A stretch of DNA of 62,749 nucleotides, the filler included. It is 4 parts of 4 records of this genome, joined end to end, with 100 filler letters (N's around TTAATTAATTAA, not from the genome) between each part and the next. Parts side by side here need not be neighbours in the genome. Positions count along the whole stretch, not along the records: positions 28,605 to 39,518 come from SRR20825010_3747; positions 39,619 to 44,083 come from SRR20825010_3753; positions 44,184 to 62,749 come from SRR20825010_3758; 1 more part is not named here. One strand, given 5' to 3'. A model generated the notes under the pieces. The model searched no databases, was not told the DNA's origin, and saw only the letters and a list, made by a program, of their open reading frames with translations. Shown one piece after another: positions 39,349-48,641 of the stretch. How positions within the stretch are numbered: the first letter of the stretch is position 1; each line of letters opens with the position of its first letter. The translations under genes and the position numbers were made by a program.

Positions 39349-39467
39349 CAAACTTAGTGAGAAATTCGTGGTTCAAATCAATCTTTCCGATAATCTCTGA
39401 CAAGCTTGGTGATAACCTTCCAATAAGACCGCAGTTTCTGGAGTTGTAAAAATCACCTTATGTGAGA
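39349..39467 (-). repeat. Three spaced, inverted copies of the 28918-29001 repeat motif
   Basis: Reverse strand: tctcactaagtttg (39349-39362, identical to the first 14 bp of left unit 1), tatcaccaagcttg (39401-39414), tctcacataaggtg (39454-39467); spacing 52 and 53 bp. Confidence 0.85.
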
Positions 39468-39518
39468 GCCCACAGCTCGTTGATGTCACGCGTCACAAAT
39501 CACCGGATTCTGCGTCAC

Positions 39519-39618
39519 NNNNNNNNNNNNNNNNNNNNNNNNNNNNNNNNNNNNNNNNNNNNTTAATTAATTAANNNNNNNNNNNNNNNNNNNNNNNNNN
39601 NNNNNNNNNNNNNNNNNN
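39519..39618. other. Artificial contig spacer
   Basis: N44-TTAATTAATTAA-N44. Confidence 0.99.
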
Positions 39619-39733
39619 AACCGAGCGCGATGGAAACCAGACAGCCGCCACGTGTACTACCCGCCAGTCCTCTGGCAATACTGCCACACAGCCCCGCCAC
39701 TACCAGTAAAATGATGAATTCGGTCAGGTCCAT
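39619..39733 (-). CDS. GlsB/YeaQ/YmgE (transglycosylase-associated) small membrane protein, 5' part only
   Basis: MDLTEFIILLVVAGLCGSIARGLAG..GGCLVSIALG; GAGG RBS; truncated by contig edge. Confidence 0.7.
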
Positions 39734-40021
39734 GGTGTTCCTCAACTGCTTCTGATTACTAAAGTATGACTGATTTGAAAACCGCGTAATAAATCACTAC
39801 CTCTCGTAAGCATACTTTAGGTCAGAATGAATGAGCTGTCCAGACGCAGATTTCAAGGCGGAATTCACGACCTGACGACGCATTGGCAATTCATCTCATA
39901 TTTCTGTTTGTTGATCTGAAATACTCGCTCCCGGTATGGCATTTTGTTAGGATGATATCAGACAATAGAGACCCATTGATGTGACCATCCTGATTTTATC
40001 CTGCAACAGAGAGGCCTCACC

Positions 40022-41203
40022 GTGCGTTCATTGGTTCGCCCCATTTCATTTCTGATCACCCTGCTGCTGTTCACTCCATTTATTCAGGCTGAGGAAAATG
40101 CGGATCAGACCGATCCAGCGCTTGTTGCCCCACCCGTCAACACATCCCCCGGAAAAGAGTATTCAGACGACACGCGGATGTTCCAGGGAATTCCCGGACT
40201 GTCCCGCGCTGCCGACGGACGTCTGTGGGCACTCTGGTACGCCGGTGGAACGGGTGAAGGCGAACTGAATTATGTCGTACTCGTCACCAGTGGTGATGAC
40301 GGTAAAACCTGGTCGGGTCCCAGACTGGTGATTGACCCTCCCGGTCCGGTCCGCGCTTATGATCCGGCGATCTGGCATGATCCCAGCGGTCGCATGTGGG
40401 TTTTCTGGGCACAATCCTTTCGCTGGTGGGATGGTCGCAGTGGTGTCTGGGCGATTACAACGGATGATTCCGATCAGGAAAACCCGAAATGGACAGAACC
40501 TCGCCGCCTGTGTAACGGCATTATGATGAATAAACCAACGGTTCTCTCGAACGGAGACTGGTTGCTGCCGGTCGCAATCTGGAAACAGCCCGCGAAAGAA
40601 TCCATCGAACACCGTTTTGATCTGCCTGAAGAACGTGGCGGTAATATCTTCATTTCCAAAGACCAGGGGAAAACATTTCAGCTGCTGGGACAAACTGACG
40701 TGCCCGAACGAACATTCGACGAGCATATGATTGTGGAACGAAAAGACAGCAGTCTCTGGACTCTGGTCAGAACCCGCTACGGAATTGGAGAATCCTTTTC
40801 AACTGACGGAGGTAAAACCTGGTCTGATGGAACTGCGTCCGACATTCCGCATGTGAATGCCCGGTTTTTTATTCGGCGGCTGAAATCGGGAAATCTGTTA
40901 ATGGTCCGACACAACCCCGAAGACAAAAAATCCCGCCGTGATTTGACTGCGTTTCTTTCTAAAGATGATGGAAAAACCTGGGAGGGAGGACTACTCCTGG
41001 ATGAACGATCTGGCGTTTCGTATCCGGATGGAGTTCAAAGCGACGATGGTACGATTTACATCATTTATGATTTCGCGCGGACCCGAGATAAAAAAATCCT
41101 GATGGCAACCTTTACAGAGGAAGATGTACTGGCGGCAAAACCAGTCTCAGATAAAGCACGCCTGCGTGTGCTTGTCAATCAGGCAACGGGGACCCAAAAA
41201 TAA
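40022..41203 (+). CDS. Exported BNR/Asp-box sialidase-like protein
   Basis: Signal peptide; FQGIP; four Asp boxes (SGDDGKTWS, SKDQGKTF, STDGGKTWS, SKDDGKTWE); SYP near the C-terminus. Confidence 0.88.
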   Translation: MRSLVRPISFLITLLLFTPFIQAEENADQTDPALVAPPVNTSPGKEYSDDTRMFQGIPGLSRAADGRLWALWYAGGTGEGELNYVVLVTSGDDGKTWSGPRLVIDPPGPVRAYDPAIWHDPSGRMWVFWAQSFRWWDGRSGVWAITTDDSDQENPKWTEPRRLCNGIMMNKPTVLSNGDWLLPVAIWKQPAKESIEHRFDLPEERGGNIFISKDQGKTFQLLGQTDVPERTFDEHMIVERKDSSLWTLVRTRYGIGESFSTDGGKTWSDGTASDIPHVNARFFIRRLKSGNLLMVRHNPEDKKSRRDLTAFLSKDDGKTWEGGLLLDERSGVSYPDGVQSDDGTIYIIYDFARTRDKKILMATFTEEDVLAAKPVSDKARLRVLVNQATGTQK

Positions 41204-41250
41204 GAGCATCTGTTTTCAAAGCGAGCTGATTCAATCAGGGGAACTGAAAT

Positions 41251-43245
41251 ATGCAGCATTTTTTGTGTTATCTTTCCATCAGTTTCAGCCTGTTTCTGAT
41301 TACACCACTCAATGCAGCAGAACAGAAAAATATACTGATCCTCTTTTCTGACAATCAGAACTGGAACGATTGTGGCTGCTATGGCAAGCCGGTGATCAAA
41401 ACCCCTCACATCGATCAGTTGGCGCGTGAGGGCACCCGCTATCAGTATGCGTTCGCAACCACCGCTTCCTGCGGTCCCTCACGTGGCGTCTTCTACACCG
41501 GACTGCATGTGCACGCTAATGGACAGTACGGGCATCCACACGGCGATCATAATTTTCGCCTGAAACCAAAAGTCCAAACTGTCTTTGCCCTGCTTGATCA
41601 AAATCAGTATCGCACAGGCATGATTGGTAAATACCATCTCTACCCGGAAGACACCACCATTGATTTTCAACCCAAAGTCAGTGGCTACCAGGTCAAAGCG
41701 ATGGCAGACCTGGCATCTGATTTTATAAACCAGAAGAGTGACAAACCCTTTTTTCTGGTGCTGGGATATCACGATCCGCATCCCACTTCGCGCACTCAAC
41801 CGGAATGGGGCGTGAAGGTCAAAGAATCTGGAATGTCACTTACCACCTATGATCCGCAGCAGATTCCTGTCCCCTCGTACCTGCCCGACCGCCCTGAAGT
41901 CCGCGCAGGATTAGCCGGCTATTACCAGCAGATCAGCTATCTCGATGAAGGTATCGGCCGTGTCATGAAATCGCTGGAAGCTTCAGGTCAGGCAGACAAC
42001 ACACTGGTCATTTTCACCAGCGATCATGGGTCCTCTGAACCTGGCGCGATGGCCAATCATTATGATCCCGGAGTGCGAATTCCATTCATCGTCCGTGATC
42101 CCAGGCGGCCCAAGTCAGAACAGGGAGTAGTCTCTGATGCGATGGTCTCTCTGCTGGATATCACTCCGACTGTACTGGACTGGACGAACACCAAGGGACC
42201 AAAATACAAGCTACATGGTCGCAGTATCCTGCCGACGGTAGGCAAAGAACATACGTCTGGTTGGGATGAGGTCTGCCTGAGTCATATATTTCATGAAGTG
42301 ACCATGTATTATCCTATGCGGACGCTGCGAACCCGCGATTATAAACTGATCTGGAACCTGGAATGGCGTTCCAAATACCCGTTACCCATCGATACCCTGT
42401 CACGGGCGACCTGGAATGAAACCCTGCGACTTCAGGAACCTGTTCTTGGCCAACGCAGTGTGCACAAATTCCTGTATCGGGATGAAGTCGAATTATACGA
42501 TCTCAAGCAGGATCCGGACGAGGTAATCAACCTTGCCTGCCAGCCGGAATACCAGGAACTGCGTCAGGAACTCTCTGAGCGACTTCTGGAACATTTAAAA
42601 CAGACAGATGACCTGTGGCTCAAACAGTATACTCTGCCAATCTCATGTGCATCAGAAGTTGAGAAACAAGCATCCGAGTACAAGCCGCTCTTCAATGGTC
42701 ACGACTTAACCGGTTGGACGCTGAAGCGTGCTAATCGAAAGGGATATCATGTCGAAGAGGGGAAACTGGTGTGCCCTGCCGATGGGGGCGGCTTCCTGTT
42801 TACCGAAAAAGAATACGCCGACTTCAGCCTGAAATTTGATTTCAAGCTGTCAAAGGCGGCCAACAACGGGATTGCGATCCGCTGTCCACTGGTAGACCAG
42901 AAGCCTGCTTATGAAGGCATGGAAATCCAGGTGCTCGATAATAAAGGCTATCCAAAAAAACTGAAACCGACTCAATATCACGGTTCGGTTTACGATGTGA
43001 TTCCGGCAAAGCGCGGCGCACTGAAACCGGTCGGCGAATGGAATCACGAAGAAATCATCTGTCGCGGATCAAAAATCACCGTCATCGTAAATGACATACC
43101 TGTACTGCAAACAGATCTGTCTGATATCAAAGACGAACAGGTGCTCACCCGACATCCCGGATTGAAGAATCAGCGTGGTCATATTGGACTGCTTGGGCAT
43201 GGCAGCCACGTGGAGTATAAAAATATTCGCATCAAAGAATTTTAA
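41251..43245 (+). CDS. Sulfatase (sulfamidase-like) fused to C-terminal DUF1080 domain
   Basis: TTASCGPSR, GKYH, HDPH, SDHG, HIFHEVTMYYPMR; then PLFNGHDLTGW..ANNGI..YEGMEIQVLD..GEWN..GHIGLLGHG..YKNIRIKE (DUF1080). Confidence 0.92.
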   Translation: MQHFLCYLSISFSLFLITPLNAAEQKNILILFSDNQNWNDCGCYGKPVIKTPHIDQLAREGTRYQYAFATTASCGPSRGVFYTGLHVHANGQYGHPHGDHNFRLKPKVQTVFALLDQNQYRTGMIGKYHLYPEDTTIDFQPKVSGYQVKAMADLASDFINQKSDKPFFLVLGYHDPHPTSRTQPEWGVKVKESGMSLTTYDPQQIPVPSYLPDRPEVRAGLAGYYQQISYLDEGIGRVMKSLEASGQADNTLVIFTSDHGSSEPGAMANHYDPGVRIPFIVRDPRRPKSEQGVVSDAMVSLLDITPTVLDWTNTKGPKYKLHGRSILPTVGKEHTSGWDEVCLSHIFHEVTMYYPMRTLRTRDYKLIWNLEWRSKYPLPIDTLSRATWNETLRLQEPVLGQRSVHKFLYRDEVELYDLKQDPDEVINLACQPEYQELRQELSERLLEHLKQTDDLWLKQYTLPISCASEVEKQASEYKPLFNGHDLTGWTLKRANRKGYHVEEGKLVCPADGGGFLFTEKEYADFSLKFDFKLSKAANNGIAIRCPLVDQKPAYEGMEIQVLDNKGYPKKLKPTQYHGSVYDVIPAKRGALKPVGEWNHEEIICRGSKITVIVNDIPVLQTDLSDIKDEQVLTRHPGLKNQRGHIGLLGHGSHVEYKNIRIKEF

Positions 43246-43277
43246 GCCTCGTATTTAAATTCTCTCAGGGGAAAATC

Positions 43278-44083
43278 ATGAGTGAGAAACCAGAAAGCCG
43301 TCGTTCCTTTCTCAAACAGTCAGCGGCAGCCACCGTCGCCGCCAGCCAGTTGGCGTCCCTCGTGCCCTCAAAAGCTTACCAGTCAAATGAACGCCTCCGG
43401 ATCGGTATTATTGGACCGGGACGACGTGGATTCGGCTCGCACGTCAAAACACTGATGAAACTTCGCAACGAAAAAGGAGCGAATCTCGATATCACCGGGA
43501 TCAATGACGTCTATTCGGTACACCGCGATCAGGCAGTGGACTACATCAAAAAAGAAACAGGGCAAACCCCTAAAACTTACAAAGACTACCGTGATCTACT
43601 GAATGATAAAGAGATTGATGCCGTCTGTATTGCGACTCCCGACCACTGGCATGCAAAGCAGGTTTTAGATGCCCTGAAAGCCGGTAAACACGTTTATTGT
43701 GAAAAACCGATGACACATCACATCTCGGAAGCTATGGATGTCGTCGATGCCTGGAAAAAATCGGGGCTGGTCGTGCAGGTAGGCGTGCAGGCCACCAGTA
43801 TGCCCATCTGGAATGAAGTCCGTGCCCTGGTTGATGAAGGAAAACTCGGAAAAATTGTCCAATTTCAAGCGGAATGGTTTCGCAATTCCCTGGGGGGGAT
43901 GTCCCGGCATAATGTGATCACCAAAGAAATGACTCCCCAGACTGTCGACTGGAAACGCTGGCTGGGCGTCGAAGAAGGTCTGGCTCCAGACTTACCATTC
44001 GACCGGGCTACTTACGGGCAATGGCGCTGCTACTGGCCGTTCGGCTACGGAATGCTTTCCGATCTGTTTGTCCATCGTATTAC
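43278..44083 (+). CDS. Tat-exported Gfo/Idh/MocA family oxidoreductase (3' truncated)
   Basis: SRRSFLK Tat motif; RIGIIGPGRRG Rossmann fold; IATPDHWH, GKHVYCEKP. Confidence 0.93.
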
Positions 44084-44183
44084 NNNNNNNNNNNNNNNNN
44101 NNNNNNNNNNNNNNNNNNNNNNNNNNNTTAATTAATTAANNNNNNNNNNNNNNNNNNNNNNNNNNNNNNNNNNNNNNNNNNNN
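44084..44183. other. Artificial contig spacer
   Basis: N44-TTAATTAATTAA-N44. Confidence 0.99.
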
Positions 44184-44184
44184 C

Positions 44185-44292
44185 ATGATCGTGAACGGCT
44201 TCTGTAAAGAGGTATTCAAGGAACTGCCCATGGAATTTGCCGTAGAAGCGGGCAAGTTGCTGGAAGTCAGCCTGGAAGGGGCGGTGGGCTAA
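44185..44292 (+). CDS. sufB: Fe-S cluster assembly protein SufB, 3' end only
   Basis: [35 protein letters not shown]-stop is the conserved SufB C-terminus; lies directly upstream of sufC. Confidence 0.93.
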   Translation: MIVNGFCKEVFKELPMEFAVEAGKLLEVSLEGAVG

Positions 44293-44366
44293 CCCCCGCT
44301 CCATCGAAAAACACCCTGAATTAACTCGGGCTGGATTCCCGGCCCAACCGAAAGGCGCATCGACAT

Positions 44367-45122
44367 ATGCTGGAAATTCGTGATCTTCACGCCACCGTGG
44401 CGGACAAGCCGATCCTCAAAGGCCTGAACCTGACCGTTAACCCGGGCGAGGTACACGCCATCATGGGCCCCAATGGCTCCGGCAAATCCACCTTGGCCAA
44501 CGTACTGGCGGGTCGTGACAATTACGCAATCACCGGCGGCGAAGCCCTTTTCGAAGGCAGCAGCCTGGCGGACCTGGAACCGGAAGAACGCGCCCAGGCC
44601 GGCCTGTTCCTGGCCTTCCAGTACCCGGTGGAAATCCCCGGCGTGTCCAACATGGAGTTTCTCAAAGCGGCACTGGAATCCGTGCGCGGCGCCCAGGGCA
44701 AGGAAGAGTGGGACTCGGTCACCCTGCTCCGTCAGGCTCGCGCGGCCTGCAAGCAGGTCAACCTGGATGCCAGCTTCCTCAAGCGCGGCGTCAACGAAGG
44801 CTTCTCTGGCGGCGAGAAAAAACGCAACGAGATCATGCAGATGCTGCTAATGGAGCCGAAGCTGGCGCTGCTCGATGAAACCGATTCCGGCCTCGACATC
44901 GACGCCCTGCAAACCGTGGCCAAAGGCGTCAACTCCCTGCGCAGCCCGGAACGCGGCATTGTACTGGTGACCCACTATCAGCGCCTGCTGGACTACATCG
45001 TGCCGGACTTCGTGCACGTGCTGTCCAACGGCCAGATCATCAAATCCGGCGGCAAGGAACTGGCCCACGAGCTGGAAGAGAAAGGCTACGGCTGGTTGAC
45101 CGGAGAAGAGGAGTCCGCATGA
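44367..45122 (+). CDS. sufC: Fe-S cluster assembly ATPase
   Basis: GPNGSGKST, FLAFQYPVEIPGV, NEGFSGGEKKRNE, LDETDSGLDID. Confidence 0.98.
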   Translation: MLEIRDLHATVADKPILKGLNLTVNPGEVHAIMGPNGSGKSTLANVLAGRDNYAITGGEALFEGSSLADLEPEERAQAGLFLAFQYPVEIPGVSNMEFLKAALESVRGAQGKEEWDSVTLLRQARAACKQVNLDASFLKRGVNEGFSGGEKKRNEIMQMLLMEPKLALLDETDSGLDIDALQTVAKGVNSLRSPERGIVLVTHYQRLLDYIVPDFVHVLSNGQIIKSGGKELAHELEEKGYGWLTGEEESA

Positions 45123-46348
45123 GTCTCTCCGCTTCTGCGCTGGCGCAGGAACTGAAAACCCAAGCGCTGGCCAACGCACAGACTAACGGCAGTGCGGGCG
45201 ATGCCCTGGCCGCCCTGGAAGCCGCCAATTTTCCGGAGCGCAAAACCGAGCAGTGGAAGTACACCTCGCTGCAAGCGCTGGCCGATGGCCATCTCAATGC
45301 AGCCGCCGACGGCGAACTGACTCAGTCACTGCCCGCCCTGTCTGACTATGTGGTAACCATCAACAACGGCCAATTGGTCAACCATAACCTGCCCGACGGC
45401 GTCAGCCTGTCCCACGATGGCCCGGCCATCAACGGTCTGCAGACCCCGTTTGCGTTCTACAACAGCGCCGTTGCCAGCCAGCCCGTGGTGCTCACCGTGG
45501 CTGCCAACACCCGCATCGAGCAGCCCATCCATGTGCAGATTCAGTCTGCCAGCGATGCCCCGGCACACTGCAATCCGCGCCTGGTGGTGGTATTGAATCA
45601 GGGTGCCGAAGCCGCCGTGATTGAGCATTACCACGCAGAAGGCCAGGCCCTGACCAACGCCGTCACCGCGCTGATCACCGCCGACAATGCCCAGCTGACC
45701 CACTACCGCCTGCAGGGCGAACAAGCCAGCAGCCTGCATATCGGCACCCTGATCATCGACCAGCAAGGCGTCAGCAAAGTCGACAGCTACCAGCTGATGA
45801 CCGGCAACCGCCTGCGCCGCAACGACGTACGTGCCCTGGTCAGCAAAAGCGGCGCAGAACTGAACATGAAAGGCATCTTCGTGGTGCGCGACAAAAGCCA
45901 CGTGGACAACCAGTTGTGCGTGGAGCACTCGGTTCCCAATTGTGAATCGGACCAGAACTTCAAAGGCCTGGCCGGCGAAAGTGGCAAAGCGGTATTCAAT
46001 GGCCGCATCCACATTCACCCCGGTGCCAGCGGCACTAATGCCGAGTTGTCCAACAAGAACCTGCTGCTCAATCCCAGCGCTGAAATCAACACCAAGCCGG
46101 AGCTGGAAATCTACAACGACGACGTGAAATGTGCCCACGGCACCACCGTCGGCCAGCTCGATGCCATGCAGCAGTTCTACCTGCAATCGCGCGGCATTCC
46201 CGCAGCCGAAGCCAAGCGCATGCTCAGCCTGGGGTTTGTGAACGAACTGCTGATGACCCTGCCCCACGAAAAAGTCGCCGAGTGGGCCACCCCCTGGCTG
46301 GAAGCCGAGCTGGCGCATACCACGCCAGCGGGAGACCGTGCCGCGTGA
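45119..46348 (+). CDS. sufD: Fe-S cluster assembly protein
   Basis: EQWKYT, AVFNGRI, KPELEIYNDDVKCAHG, FYLQSRGI. Confidence 0.97.
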   Translation: MSLSASALAQELKTQALANAQTNGSAGDALAALEAANFPERKTEQWKYTSLQALADGHLNAAADGELTQSLPALSDYVVTINNGQLVNHNLPDGVSLSHDGPAINGLQTPFAFYNSAVASQPVVLTVAANTRIEQPIHVQIQSASDAPAHCNPRLVVVLNQGAEAAVIEHYHAEGQALTNAVTALITADNAQLTHYRLQGEQASSLHIGTLIIDQQGVSKVDSYQLMTGNRLRRNDVRALVSKSGAELNMKGIFVVRDKSHVDNQLCVEHSVPNCESDQNFKGLAGESGKAVFNGRIHIHPGASGTNAELSNKNLLLNPSAEINTKPELEIYNDDVKCAHGTTVGQLDAMQQFYLQSRGIPAAEAKRMLSLGFVNELLMTLPHEKVAEWATPWLEAELAHTTPAGDRAA

Positions 46349-47556
46349 TGGACATTCAGGCCCTGCGCGCACAATTTCCGATTCTGGATCAACAGGTCAA
46401 CGGCAAGCCGCTGGTCTACCTGGATAACGGCGCCACTACTCAGAAGCCAGTGGCGGTGCTCGAAGCGCTGGATAACTACTACCGCACGGTGAATTCCAAC
46501 GTGCACCGTGGCGCTCATTACCTAAGTGACGAAGCCACCAGCCAGTTTGAAGGCGCCCGAGAAACCGTGGCGACCTTCCTCAACGCCAGTCGCGAAGAAA
46601 TTTTGTGGACCAAGGGCACCACCGAGTCCATCAACATGGTAGCCCAGTGCGTGGCCCGCGAACGCCTGCAACCCGGTGACGAAGTACTGATTGGCACCAG
46701 CGAACACCACGCCAACATCGTCCCCTGGCAGCAGGCCTGCGCCGCCACCGGCGCCACACTGAAAGTGATCCCGCTGCGTGACGACTGCAGCCTGGATCAG
46801 GACGCCTTCGTCCAGCTACTCAGTGAGAAAACCAAAATCTTCGCCATTGGCCATGCCAGCAATGCGCTGGGCACGCTGAACCCGGTGAAAGAGATGGTTG
46901 CCCGGGCGAAAGCCGCCGGCGCCATCACCTTGATCGACGGCGCCCAGGCCGTGGCCCACTTCCCGGTGGACGTGCAGGATCTGGACGTGGATTTCTACGC
47001 TTTCTCCGGCCACAAGCTGTTTGGCCCCACTGGCATCGGCGTACTCTATGGTCGCCGCGCCTTGCTGGAAGCCATGCCGCCCTATCAGACCGGCGGCGAA
47101 ATGATTGAAACCGTCAGCTTCGCAAAGAGCACCTGGAATCAGCTGCCTTACAAATTCGAGGCCGGCACACCGAACATTGCCGGCGCCATCGGCCTGGCCG
47201 CCGCCATTGAGTGGCTGAACCAGCAGGATCGGCCCACCCTGGCCGCCCACGAAGACACCCTGCTGGCCCGCGCCACCGAGCGCGCACAGGCCTGCGAAGG
47301 CTTGAAAATCATCGGCACCGCCACCAGTAAAGTCAGTGTACTGTCCTTTCTGCTGGACGGCGGCCACCCGGCGGATGTGGGCATGTTGCTGGACAAACAG
47401 GGCATCGCCGTGCGCACCGGCCACCACTGCACCATGCCACTGATGGATACCCTGGGCATTCCCGGTACTGTCAGGGCCTCATTCTCGATTTATAATACGC
47501 TGGAAGAGGTGGATCGCCTGTTCGAAGGTCTGGAGAAGGTCAAAACCTTCCTGTGA
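46348..47556 (+). CDS. sufS: Class II cysteine desulfurase
   Basis: YLDNGATTQKP, NVHRG, FSGHK (PLP Lys), RTGHHC; start overlaps the sufD stop. Confidence 0.96.
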   Translation: MDIQALRAQFPILDQQVNGKPLVYLDNGATTQKPVAVLEALDNYYRTVNSNVHRGAHYLSDEATSQFEGARETVATFLNASREEILWTKGTTESINMVAQCVARERLQPGDEVLIGTSEHHANIVPWQQACAATGATLKVIPLRDDCSLDQDAFVQLLSEKTKIFAIGHASNALGTLNPVKEMVARAKAAGAITLIDGAQAVAHFPVDVQDLDVDFYAFSGHKLFGPTGIGVLYGRRALLEAMPPYQTGGEMIETVSFAKSTWNQLPYKFEAGTPNIAGAIGLAAAIEWLNQQDRPTLAAHEDTLLARATERAQACEGLKIIGTATSKVSVLSFLLDGGHPADVGMLLDKQGIAVRTGHHCTMPLMDTLGIPGTVRASFSIYNTLEEVDRLFEGLEKVKTFL

Positions 47557-47637
47557 CATCAGGCACATCTCATTCGGTTTTTTCGCGTTAAACGTCAGGC
47601 CCTCAACGCTGGGCGTTTTATGCAAGGTAGGTAATAG

Positions 47638-47997
47638 ATGACCGTTCAGACATTCCAACCCGGCCAGGTCACCCTTAACCTGACCGAGGCTGCCAACCAA
47701 CAGGCCCTGCGTGAAATCCAGCGGGCCAATGCCGCCGGCATCCGTCTGGATCTGGACGAATCCGGCTGCTCCGGGTTCATGTACACGCTGGACTTCGTGG
47801 AAAAAGCCAAAGACGGCGACAAGCTGTTCGAGATCGACGGCGTGAACCTCTACGTGCCGGAAAAATGGCTGCCCATGCTCAACGGCCTGGTGATCGACTA
47901 CGTCACCGAAGGCGTCAACAGTCTGTTCAAATTCCGCAACCCCAACGCTACCGGCGAATGTGGCTGCGGTGAAAGCTTTACGGTAGACGACGTCTAA
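47638..47997 (+). CDS. sufA: A-type Fe-S carrier (SufA/IscA family)
   Basis: SGCSG and NPNA..CGCGESF motifs; sufA assignment from operon context. Confidence 0.88.
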   Translation: MTVQTFQPGQVTLNLTEAANQQALREIQRANAAGIRLDLDESGCSGFMYTLDFVEKAKDGDKLFEIDGVNLYVPEKWLPMLNGLVIDYVTEGVNSLFKFRNPNATGECGCGESFTVDDV

Positions 47998-48016
47998 CCA
48001 CCAGCCCGGGAAAACA

Positions 48017-48559
48017 ATGGCAGACCAACGCACGGTAGTGGTTCAGCGCGACGTTCCGGCCCGCAAGGTGCCGGACGGCACCCGCATCACCATTCCCAAG
48101 AACAGCTTCGTCAACCTGCGCCAGGCGCTGGGCGGCACATATACCGTCACCATCAACGGCAACATGGCTCGCATCGACGGCACTGACGCCGATGCCATCG
48201 GCCAGGAACCGCTGGAGCTGGATTTTGCGCCAGCCAATGACGACGGCAGCGTGCGCGATGAAGACCTGAACACGGTCCTGGAAACCATCTTCGATCCGGA
48301 AATTCCGGTAAGCATCATGGCCCTGGGACTCGTCTACGGCTGCGATGTAATCCAGCGAGACGGGCAGAATGTGGTGCAGGTGCGCATGACCCTCACCGCG
48401 CCCAACTGCGGCATGGGCCCGGTACTGGTGGGCGACGTGGAAGACCGGCTCGGCAAAGTGCCCAACGTGGACAAGGTGGAAGTGGCCCTGGTGTTCGACC
48501 CACCCTGGAGCCGCGAAATGATCAGCGAAGAAGCCCAGCTTGAGCTGGGGATGTTCTGA
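48017..48559 (+). CDS. sufT: Putative Fe-S assembly protein SufT (DUF59)
   Basis: QALGGTYTV..RIDGTDADAIG N-domain; DPEIP, MTLTAPNCGMG, FDPPW. Confidence 0.9.
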   Translation: MADQRTVVVQRDVPARKVPDGTRITIPKNSFVNLRQALGGTYTVTINGNMARIDGTDADAIGQEPLELDFAPANDDGSVRDEDLNTVLETIFDPEIPVSIMALGLVYGCDVIQRDGQNVVQVRMTLTAPNCGMGPVLVGDVEDRLGKVPNVDKVEVALVFDPPWSREMISEEAQLELGMF

Positions 48560-48565
48560 CAGGAG

Positions 48566-48600
48566 ACGCTGCAGGCTTCACGCAACACGCTGCACGCAAC
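48566..48600. repeat. Five degenerate 7-bp tandem repeats
   Basis: acgctgc-aggcttc-acgcaac-acgctgc-acgcaac in the sufT-sufE gap. Confidence 0.7.
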
Positions 48601-48641
48601 CCCTCCTAACCCACCAAACAGAAGCAACGGAGTTCGACGAC

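Larger units (their letters stand above)
28911..39474. mobile_element. Candidate non-autonomous Tn7/Mu/Tn552-like transposon (10,564 bp)
   Basis: Termini TGAAGGT-TCTCAC (28911, +) and TGTGGGC-TCTCAC (39474, -) are in identical register; 4 abutting sites at left, 3 spaced inverted sites at right; flanks ACTCGT (28905-28910) and GCTCGT (39475-39480); no cognate transposase inside. Confidence 0.68.

Noticed and set aside
39619-45122. Functional link between the glycan-degradation genes and the suf operon
   Set aside because: Separated by an artificial spacer and apparently from different organisms.
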